A stretch of DNA of 10,356 nucleotides from Promethearchaeota archaeon (GCA_027031765.1 JALVPN010000175.1:1-10356), one strand, 5' to 3'; positions 1 to 6,800 are shown, counted from the stretch's first letter. A program made the numbers and translations. Notes: a model not told the origin generated them from the sequence alone.

Positions 1-171
1 ACGTTAGAGTCAAGAGTCGATGGTTGGACTCCTCTATCCCAGTTCAGAGTACTGTCCAGGTACGTTGGTCTGGACTCTGGCCCGTGCTCCAACTGGCTGT
101 GGGCTACAGTCCAGTCCCTCAAGCCACACTTGCCCTACATCCTGGGACTGACATCTAGCTGGTCTCACAGT

Positions 172-188
172 CTGTCCTGACAGGACAG
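172..188. repeat. Perfect inverted repeat CTGTCCTG-A-CAGGACAG
   Basis: 8-bp arms (172-179, 181-188) with a 1-nt centre, read directly. It lies in the apparently non-coding 1-423 region. Function unknown. Confidence 0.6.
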
Positions 189-423
189 TTGCTCTGGTCC
201 AACAAGCTCTCCCAAGGTGCGCAGGAGGGACTCCGGGTTCAGGTGCTGTTTTCCGAGCCTCCTTCACTGGAGTTGACGGGCTTGACCGTTCCAAGAAGAC
301 TGAAACAGCAGCGAGTGGGACTGACGAAACAGATAAGAACCGTGCAACTGCTACGGGGCCCGTGCTGGAACTGCGCTTCTTGCCCCAGCACTGCGGACAG
401 TGGGGGCCTAGGAGTGACAAGAG

Positions 424-741
424 ATGGAACTTGTGAACGAGAGGGACATCGAACCGCTGCATGTGGACGGTGACCGTGGCTCAGTTGATGTCTACGATGC
501 CCTGTCGGGTCCGGTCGTGGCCGGCGTGCGTATTGTCGCCCCGCACAGTCGTGTCCCGCGGAGCCCGCACTCACACCCGGAACGCCAGCTCATCTACGTG
601 ATCTCGGGGACCGCACAGATAACCAATGGTGCAGAGACCCTCCAGCTCCGACCTGGTGACCACGTGCTCCTTGAGGCCAACGAGGAACACTATGTTATCA
701 CAGCCGACGCACCGGTAAAGCTCTTTGAAGTCCGGTACTAG
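424..741 (+). CDS. Small cupin (Cupin_2-like) domain protein, 105 aa
   Basis: Two cupin motifs, PHSHPERQLIYVISG and LRPGDHVLLEANEEH, with metal-type His residues. SD-like AGGAGTGAC ends 5 nt before the ATG. Confidence 0.85.
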   Translation: MELVNERDIEPLHVDGDRGSVDVYDALSGPVVAGVRIVAPHSRVPRSPHSHPERQLIYVISGTAQITNGAETLQLRPGDHVLLEANEEHYVITADAPVKLFEVRY

Positions 742-747
742 TGGGAC

Positions 748-761
748 TACGACCGGTCGTA
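748..761. repeat. Perfect 14-bp palindrome TACGACCGGTCGTA between convergent genes
   Basis: Self-complementary. It sits in the 47-nt gap between the cupin stop (741) and the macro-like gene stop (789). A terminator or protein-binding role is inference only. Confidence 0.55.
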
Positions 762-788
762 CCCGCCGTCCTCTGATGTGCAGTGTCC

Positions 789-1328
789 TCAGGGGGCGTC
801 CATATCGTTTCCACCGTGCCGCACATGTCCCTCACTGACGCGGAGGATGTCGACGTTGTCCAGTACGTAGTTGAACGAGCTGGCCTGGATTGGTGACGAC
901 GCGACCAGGACCACCTCTTTCAGGGTCGAGGTAGTGTGGGCGTGCCTGTAGAGCTCCCGTACTATCTCTTCGGCCACCTCCCAGCTCGGTACACGCCCCA
1001 CCTCAAGAGCGAGGGTATAGAATGCGATCCTCTCGGCGCCCATGTCCTCGGCCTTCTCAAGGACTGACCGCACGGCACTACTGATGGCACCTCTCCTGTC
1101 AGGGTCGTTCATTGTCACAGGCGGCCAGTACTCAACGCTCTTCGCGTTGCTTGCCTCCTGTACCCTGATGCCGAAGCCCCCGACTGTACCAAAGGGGCCC
1201 ATGCTCCCTCCTGCATCAAGCCCCACTGGTAGGTCACGTGCTTTCACGGCCATATCCATCTCACTGTCGTCGTATGGTCCAGTGACCAGAGTGATGTGTA
1301 CTCCTCCAATCTCCCAGTGGCTGCTCAC
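789..1328 (-). CDS. Degenerate macrodomain-like protein (pseudo-macro), ~179 aa
   Basis: Aligns by eye with the neighbouring macrodomain: EIGGVHITLVTG vs EIGGIRIRVIQG; SAVRSVLEKAEDMGAERIAFYTL vs SSVKMALELAAAEGLSTVAFPAI; LKEVVLV vs VREVILV. GTG start at 1328 overlaps the upstream TGA (GTGA) and has GGAGG 7 nt upstream. Confidence 0.75.
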   Translation of the reverse strand: MSSHWEIGGVHITLVTGPYDDSEMDMAVKARDLPVGLDAGGSMGPFGTVGGFGIRVQEASNAKSVEYWPPVTMNDPDRRGAISSAVRSVLEKAEDMGAERIAFYTLALEVGRVPSWEVAEEIVRELYRHAHTTSTLKEVVLVASSPIQASSFNYVLDNVDILRVSEGHVRHGGNDMDAP

Positions 1329-1855
1329 CCTGTCGCCTCCCACTGCTCGACAGCCGTGCGGATCTCGTTGAAGGCACGGTCGCTGTACCCGACAAGTATG
1401 ACCTCGCGGACGTTGCTCACAGTCCTGCTGGCTGCAGCCACCCCCTCAAGGATGGCGCGTGTGGACTCGTCTGTCCCAAGTCCTCCGACCCCGGCGCCTA
1501 TCGCTGGGAACGCCACTGTGGAGAGGCCCTCGGCGGCGGCGAGCTCGAGTGCCATCTTTACGGATGACCTGACGTACTCGGTACGGGCCCTACCACCAGG
1601 TGGCATGCCTGCACAGTGTATCACCCGTTTGGCCGGCAACCTGCCCGCAGTAGTGGCGACAGCCTCACCCGGCCTGATTGGCCCCTGTGCCATGGCCTCC
1701 TTCTCAATCTCCTCACCGCCCCTGCGTTTGATCGCGCCGGCCACGCCCGACCCCATCCAGAGGTCGGAGTTCGCAGCGTTCACAATAGCGTCCACCTCAA
1801 GGTCGGTGATGTCACCCTGAATGACCCTTATCCTTATGCCGCCAATCTCCTTCAC
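1325..1855 (-). CDS. Macro domain (Appr-1''-p processing / ADP-ribose-binding, YmdB/AF1521-like) protein, ~176 aa
   Basis: Hallmark motifs GDIT, DAIVNAAN, GSGVAGAI, VIH and VAFPAIGAGVGG are present. Start placed at GTG 1855 (GGAGG 7 nt upstream) rather than the ORF-track ATG at 1942. Confidence 0.93.
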   Translation of the reverse strand: MKEIGGIRIRVIQGDITDLEVDAIVNAANSDLWMGSGVAGAIKRRGGEEIEKEAMAQGPIRPGEAVATTAGRLPAKRVIHCAGMPPGGRARTEYVRSSVKMALELAAAEGLSTVAFPAIGAGVGGLGTDESTRAILEGVAAASRTVSNVREVILVGYSDRAFNEIRTAVEQWEATG

Positions 1856-2163
1856 ATCAAGTCCTCCGTACTCTCTTCTCCGCGCGGCATCAAATAGTTG
1901 TTGTGGAGACCTGTGGGATGCTGTGCATGTCGTGGCGTCCATGACCCGTAGCCTTCACACATGGAGCATACTTGACAGACCTCTGGTGCACTGTCGGCTG
2001 CACGGCTCATGGACATGTCCTCTCCTCATGACAGTCGTGGTGCCTGTAGCATGCCCCTGAGGCGCACGCTCTCACCTATCACAACTCTTTTTGCCATGGC
2101 GGCCAGTCCTGTGCCCCGGCGAGTACGCTGGACGACTTCGACAAGGAGGACTACGCATCAGTT

Positions 2164-2718
2164 GTGGCCCGCTACGGCAGGCCCCGCAGGCTGACCTTTG
2201 CAGCAGACTTCTTCGACTTTGAGTGCGAGCTCGTCCGTCGGAGCGCTGCCAAGGGCCGCAACCACGATATCACCTGCTTCATCGTGTATGGTGACAGGTA
2301 CGTCGTCATCCAGAAACACGACTATCAGGGCTCCGGGATATACCGGGCGCCATCGGGCGGTGCCGCTCCGGGGGAGTCCATCGAGGTGGCGGCCCAGCGA
2401 GAGATGCGCGAGGAGACCGGCCTCGACACCCGCCTCCGACGCTTCGTACTGGATGTCCGCCTTGAGGTCAGGTGCCCTGATGGCGTTATCCCGTGGCGCT
2501 CGCTCGTGTTCCTCGCTGAGGCGGTAGGTGGCACACTACACATCATTGACCGGCACGAGATCTATGATGTCACTCTCATGACGCGGGAGCAGCTGCTCGG
2601 AGATGTGGAACGCCTGATGGTCGCCTCTGGTTGGGGTGGGTTCAAGTACAGGGCCTTTCTTACACGCGAGTTCTTCAGGGCCCTTGACCAGTTTCATGGA
2701 AGAGCCGGGACAGGGTAG
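2164..2718 (+). CDS. Nudix hydrolase
   Basis: Exact Nudix box G-x5-E-x7-REUxEExGU (GGAAPGESIEVAAQREMREETGL). The start is uncertain: GTG 2164, or further upstream such as CTG 2128. Substrate not assignable from sequence. Confidence 0.88.
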   Translation: MARYGRPRRLTFAADFFDFECELVRRSAAKGRNHDITCFIVYGDRYVVIQKHDYQGSGIYRAPSGGAAPGESIEVAAQREMREETGLDTRLRRFVLDVRLEVRCPDGVIPWRSLVFLAEAVGGTLHIIDRHEIYDVTLMTREQLLGDVERLMVASGWGGFKYRAFLTREFFRALDQFHGRAGTG

Positions 2719-2872
2719 TCCTGAATGTGGTCTCTCATGGGCAGCCCCCTGACCGACCAGTGATACGACAGTCCCCGCGACACTAGGACATCACCCGGTG
2801 GTGACCATGTTGGCCATGCACGTTGGCCAGCATTTCATCTGGGATTAGGATATATTTGCAGGAGTGACCACA

Positions 2873-3010
2873 ATGACCGACCGTACTGTCATTGACTGGA
2901 ATCGAGGGACCGATGGCCGTTGCACACGAGTGCCTGTTGCTCGTCTTCTGGCCGAAGGGCGGAGGTCTTTCAGAAGCCCAGCATGTCTGGTCCCAACCGT
3001 CCCAACGTGA
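2873..3010 (+). CDS. Possible small protein (45 aa, MTDRTVIDWNRGTDGRCTRVPVARLLAEGRRSFRSPACLVPTVPT)
   Basis: The ATG is preceded by AGGAGTGAC, the same 9-mer that precedes the cupin ATG, and by an AT-rich ATATATTT (2850-2857). No recognisable domain. Confidence 0.25.
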   Translation: MTDRTVIDWNRGTDGRCTRVPVARLLAEGRRSFRSPACLVPTVPT

Positions 3011-3048
3011 TGCCGCTCAGGAGTAGTGGGCGTGTGTCGTGTCCTAAC

Positions 3049-3086
3049 TATGTACACAATTATGAGTCCACTATAATGTGTACATA
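3049..3086. promoter_or_regulatory. Inverted repeat TATGTACACA-N18-TGTGTACATA, candidate operator
   Basis: Perfect 10-bp arms (3049-3058, 3077-3086) in an AT-rich island immediately upstream of the TATA box of the wHTH gene. Confidence 0.55.
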
Positions 3087-3099
3087 ATAACGTATATAT
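3087..3099 (+). promoter_or_regulatory. Archaeal TATA box (TATATAT 3093-3099) with A-rich upstream BRE-like bases
   Basis: TATA-like element 31 nt upstream of ATG 3131, spacing typical of short-leader archaeal mRNAs. Confidence 0.5.
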
Positions 3100-3130
3100 C
3101 GTCTCGCGGCAGTGTACCAGTGAGCCAACG

Positions 3131-3484
3131 ATGAAGATCAACGCATCACTCCCAGAGGTGCCGCGAGTTGGTCTCGTGGAAGCGATGAGAGCGGTCATCG
3201 AGGCAATCCGGCAGCAGGAGCACCCACTCTCAATCAGCGCGCTCTCCCGGCTGACGGGTGTGGACAGGCGCACCGTGGGCAAGGTGCTGGACATCCTCCT
3301 TGACCTGCAGGAGACCCTCGCGGAAGGCGTGATTGAAACGGAGCGTGTGGGGAGGCGTTTTGTCGTGTGGTTCAGGGAGCGGACTGCGCAGGCACGGAGA
3401 GCATTCAAGAACGCTGTGCATGTGGTGCGACGGAACACGAAGACCGGGGGGACATTCCTGACATCGGGTGACGAAGTGGAGTAG
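3131..3484 (+). CDS. Helix-turn-helix (probably winged) DNA-binding protein, 117 aa
   Basis: HTH-like LSISALSRLTGVDRRTVGKVLDIL followed by a wing-like IETERVGRRFVVWF. TATA box upstream. Confidence 0.8.
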   Translation: MKINASLPEVPRVGLVEAMRAVIEAIRQQEHPLSISALSRLTGVDRRTVGKVLDILLDLQETLAEGVIETERVGRRFVVWFRERTAQARRAFKNAVHVVRRNTKTGGTFLTSGDEVE

Positions 3485-3496
3485 GGGTGATACGTC

Positions 3497-4021
3497 ATGT
3501 CAGTGGCACTGGGCGTGGTCCTCTCAGTAGCGTTCCTACTGCTTGGTGCGTCGACAAGCTACATGCTGTGGGAGGTCTTCGGCTGGCCGGTATTCATCCA
3601 GGTGGTCTTTGTGCTCTCGGTGGCAACGGCTGGCGAACACTATGTTTCAGGCAAGGGGTACTATCACTACACGCCTGCGAACGGCCTCTTCGTCGGGAGG
3701 GTGCCGTTCTGGATCCCGCTGATGTGGTTGTTTGCGGTGCAGGCGTCGCTGCTGGTGTCGTTACCGGGCCACTCGATGGGCCTGGTACCGCCTGTGAGCT
3801 CAGGGTTTGTATGCATGGCTGTGGACCTGCTCTTTGTGGAGCCATACCTGTGTGCCCAGAAGGAGCTCTGGCAGTGGGCGCCCGTGGAGCGGGGCTACTT
3901 CAGCTTCATTCCAGAGTCACTCGACAGGTTCACAGCCCCGCCCGGTAACTACATCGTCTGGTTCGTGTTCCCGGTGGTCTCGAACCTCGTGCTGTGGGCT
4001 GCTACGGGCCTCCCACTGTAG
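3497..4021 (+). CDS. CruF/DUF422-like (carotenoid 1,2-hydratase family) integral membrane protein, 174 aa
   Basis: Several hydrophobic helices plus family-like motifs E..GKGYYHYT..GRVPFWIPLMW, D....EP....LWQW and PPGNYIVW. SD-like GGGGTGAT upstream; 12 nt after the HTH stop. Family assignment is by eye. Confidence 0.72.
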   Translation: MSVALGVVLSVAFLLLGASTSYMLWEVFGWPVFIQVVFVLSVATAGEHYVSGKGYYHYTPANGLFVGRVPFWIPLMWLFAVQASLLVSLPGHSMGLVPPVSSGFVCMAVDLLFVEPYLCAQKELWQWAPVERGYFSFIPESLDRFTAPPGNYIVWFVFPVVSNLVLWAATGLPL

Positions 4022-4274
4022 TCTGTGAGCCAACGCCACTATCACGTCAAGGGGATCTGGTAATTGTAGTGCTGGCGAGAGAGGCCTGCGACTGGAAACT
4101 GGGTCTCCCCTGCGATTCTTGTACGGGAATTCAGGTCTGCCAGTTGTGTGGGTGTGGCCTGCTGTCCACACAAGGCCCGTGTCCGTGGCGCGTTACGGTG
4201 CTGGTGATACGTGTGAATTGTCCTTGTTGTACACAGCCTCTTCAGTGGTCGCTGCCGCACAGCACGCGAGGACG

Positions 4275-4505
4275 ATGGATCAAGACAATGTGCGATGGCT
4301 CCTGAAAGGCAAGCTTGTCAAGGACTTCCGTGGGTTCCCGCTTGGGCGAGTCACAAAGGTGTGGTTCGAGTCGGCCACGGGGCCCCTGGTGATTGTTGAG
4401 CGGTCTGGGAACAAGGGCCACCCGATGTGGGAAGCAATCCCGCTCCGCCAAGTACACACTGTTAGTGACTGTGTACACCTGAAACCTCCCGTTTTCGCAG
4501 AGTAG
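4275..4505 (+). CDS. Small PRC-barrel domain protein, 76 aa
   Basis: Pattern LKGKLVKDFRGFPLGRVTKVWFE...IPLRQVHTVSDCVHLK fits PRC-barrel (G+.V.d..G..lG.V...IP...v..v.d.v.l). ATG 4275 follows GAGG. The ORF-track N-terminal extension looks spurious. Confidence 0.7.
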   Translation: MDQDNVRWLLKGKLVKDFRGFPLGRVTKVWFESATGPLVIVERSGNKGHPMWEAIPLRQVHTVSDCVHLKPPVFAE

Positions 4506-4596
4506 TGCACTGTGACTGGTCAGGAGATGGAAGGTGCGGGCTCGTGGTACCGGGGTGAAGGATGGCAGTCACGAAGACCAGGTCGGGGGTGCCACA

Positions 4597-4968
4597 GTGG
4601 TCTCAGACAGGCCGCCTAAGCGTGGCGTACAGGTCACGGTGTTCACGAACCGGGAGTGCCCGTTCTGCCAGGTCGTCTTGGACATGGTGCATCGCGTGGC
4701 TGCCGACCTGGACAGCCTTGGTCAGGATGTTGTCGTGCGGCAGGAGGAGGTCGGCACACAACTTGTGGTGCATGGGAACAGAGCCATCACCAGAGTCCCG
4801 ACGGTCGCTGTCGGCACCGAACACATTGAGGGGTTCCCTGACTGGCACCAGCTCGTGACACTCGTGTACCGTGCTGTGCTGCTGGGAGGACCTAGTCCTT
4901 GTCATGACGACTCGTGTCGTGTCTGTCACAATGACGGTGACTCACTCCGGGAGCCCTCGTGCCCATAG
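4597..4968 (+). CDS. Thioredoxin/glutaredoxin-fold protein (CPFC), ~123 aa
   Basis: VTVFTNRECPFC active site and cis-Pro motif TRVPTVAVG. GTG 4597 follows GGGGGTG by 5 nt (alternative start 4534). Confidence 0.75.
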   Translation: MVSDRPPKRGVQVTVFTNRECPFCQVVLDMVHRVAADLDSLGQDVVVRQEEVGTQLVVHGNRAITRVPTVAVGTEHIEGFPDWHQLVTLVYRAVLLGGPSPCHDDSCRVCHNDGDSLREPSCP

Positions 4969-5103
4969 ACTGCGTTTCTGTTCCATGTTTCTCTTCTCAC
5001 GTCCAGCACCCAACCATGCACCATCGTGCATTATGCCCGTTGTCCCTACATTGGTGGTCTGTCCATATGTTGCTGTTCGCGTTTGGGAACCGTAGACCCC
5101 GGG

Positions 5104-5859
5104 TCATGCATAGTCGATACCGAGAATTACCCAGGCGTTCTCTTGTAGGACTCTTCGGCTGGTCTCGACGTTCAGGCCCATGGTGTTGAGGGCTGCCATC
5201 AGGTCTGGGTACTCGCTGTGGTGCTCGGAGCCGAAGACGAGGTTGCGCACGCCCATGTCCTGCACTAGGGCGTCTAGGAAGACTCTCAGTGGTGACTCGA
5301 CGAGCCTGACGAGAGTAACGGAGACCTCAAGCCAGATGTTATGTCTGCGGACGAGCGGGAGGACTGTGGGGAACCCGAAGAGCCCGCCCATGTGGAGAAT
5401 GACGAACTTGCCCTCTGGATAGACCGCGGAAACACGCTCGATGAAGCGGGTCGTCCCTGGGGTCGTGTTCTCGCTGTGGAAGTACACTGGGGTGTCCCTG
5501 TCCACGGCAGAGCGTATCAGGGCCATCACAGCAGGGTCCTCCGGATGGTACAGCTGCCCGTCCAGTACCAAGGCCTTACAGCCCCGGTCGAGGAACTCTG
5601 CGAGCTGTTGGTGGGCCCGGTCGATGGGCCGTGGTTGCACTGTACAGGCGCTGAAGAGCCTGTCTGGGAATATCTCGGTGGCCTCCATGCACATTTCGTT
5701 CGACACCCAGGGGTCGCAGGGCGTGAGTACGGCCCTCCTTATGCCGAACGTGTCCATCCTCCTCACGAGGGTGTCTGCATATTCGGCGACCCTTTCCGGA
5801 TCCGCTTCCGACATCTGCATCCTGTCGGTCCCTAGGTGTGTGTGAATGTCGGTTGTCAT
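5104..5859 (-). CDS. Amidohydrolase_2-family TIM-barrel metal-dependent hydrolase, 251 aa
   Basis: N-terminal DIHTH (HxH), YFHS, ILHMGG and late FGSE motifs in the expected order for the amidohydrolase superfamily. Confidence 0.88.
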   Translation of the reverse strand: MTTDIHTHLGTDRMQMSEADPERVAEYADTLVRRMDTFGIRRAVLTPCDPWVSNEMCMEATEIFPDRLFSACTVQPRPIDRAHQQLAEFLDRGCKALVLDGQLYHPEDPAVMALIRSAVDRDTPVYFHSENTTPGTTRFIERVSAVYPEGKFVILHMGGLFGFPTVLPLVRRHNIWLEVSVTLVRLVESPLRVFLDALVQDMGVRNLVFGSEHHSEYPDLMAALNTMGLNVETSRRVLQENAWVILGIDYA

Positions 5860-6157
5860 GGCCGGCAGTTCCTATCGGGGTGCGGTGTCCTTCTTGAGTG
5901 CTAGTAATACACATTTTGGTAGTGGGTGCCACGGGAAACGGAGGGCCTAGCGGGTGGGAAGGGGCGCCGTCCGATGGGCAGCTGCGCACGGGCTGTGGGT
6001 CTAGGGTGGGAGTGTGCAGCAGACGCACCGACACTGCCCAGCACGGTGCGTGGCAAGATGTGGGGTCAAGGTCCGACACGGGACACGTATCATCCTGCTC
6101 ACTGGTGCTCCGTACTGCCGTTGTCTGTTCATCGTGCCCGTGTGCGCGTGCACATAC

Positions 6158-6165
6158 TTTATTTA
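6158..6165 (+). promoter_or_regulatory. TATA box TTTATTTA
   Basis: AT-rich TATA-like element in GC-rich surroundings, 29 nt before the in-frame TTG at 6195. Confidence 0.45.
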
Positions 6166-6194
6166 GGAATCCTCGACCCACCGGCACGACAAAG

Positions 6195-6800
6195 TTGACA
6201 AACGGTGCGAGTCTCGAGGAGAGTATTGCAAGGGTAGTGGATGCCATCCGGGAGAACAGGTACCTGCTCATGGAGTTCCTCAGCCCGATTATTGACGGGT
6301 GCCGTGCAGCGATGGGAGTCAGCATTGAGACCGCACGCAGGCTCGGTGAGATGACGGAGGAGGAGTTCCGCAGGCACATGAACGCTGTGGGCGGCTCCTA
6401 CGAGGCCACCCGGATTTGCATCAGGACTTGGGACACCGACGAGTCATATATGGTCGCATTCGAAGATGGTGTGCCCAGCGTGGAGTCTACCTGTGGCGCT
6501 GCTGACGTGACCGTCCACGCCGAGGCCCCGGTGCTGCGGAGTGTGTTCGCAAGCGACCCGGACGTACACGTGCCAGCCCTACTGCGCTCCGCAATCGACA
6601 TTGACTGTGCCGAGCCAGAGGCTGCTGTCGAGGCAATCGGCCTGCTGGTCTACCCGGTACTCCTGCGTATGGCCGAGTCTGGCATTGACCCGTCGTCTCT
6701 CCTATGTGAGGACGCGGACTCACTGATCACATCTGCTGCATCCGACCTGGTCACGAAGGCCCTCCGTGCCTGGATTGATGCGAAGATGCAGACGGCCTGA
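6195..6800 (+). CDS. Hypothetical protein with central SCP2 (sterol carrier)-like segment, ~201 aa
   Basis: Protein-like composition from TTG 6195 onward. The segment YMVAFEDGVPSVESTCGAADVTVHAEAPVLRSVF resembles the SCP2 fold pattern. The first ~99 codons of the ORF-track call look non-coding. Confidence 0.65.
   Translation: MTNGASLEESIARVVDAIRENRYLLMEFLSPIIDGCRAAMGVSIETARRLGEMTEEEFRRHMNAVGGSYEATRICIRTWDTDESYMVAFEDGVPSVESTCGAADVTVHAEAPVLRSVFASDPDVHVPALLRSAIDIDCAEPEAAVEAIGLLVYPVLLRMAESGIDPSSLLCEDADSLITSAASDLVTKALRAWIDAKMQTA

Noticed and set aside
34-574. ORF-track calls 34..462(-), 189..473(+) and 239..574(-), including a CPQC motif
   Set aside because: No domain signal, mutually overlapping, and two of them run antisense into the well-supported cupin gene.
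1856-1942. N-terminal extension of the macrodomain ORF to ATG 1942
   Set aside because: The macro fold begins at KEIGG and a well-spaced GGAGG precedes GTG 1855.
2845-3498. 217-aa minus-strand ORF
   Set aside because: It is the antisense shadow of the HTH gene and its promoter, with a low-complexity Arg/Thr/Ser-rich composition.
4363-4372. GGTTCGAGTC resembling a tRNA T-arm
   Set aside because: It lies inside the PRC-barrel CDS (WFES) and no cloverleaf or acceptor stem can be built around it.
5860-6150. GC-rich ~290-bp spacer as possible SRP or RNase P RNA, and ORFs 5576..6379(-) and 5926..6198(+)
   Set aside because: I found neither the SRP helix-8 motif nor the RNase P GAGGAAAGUCC signature on either strand, and the ORFs are not protein-like.
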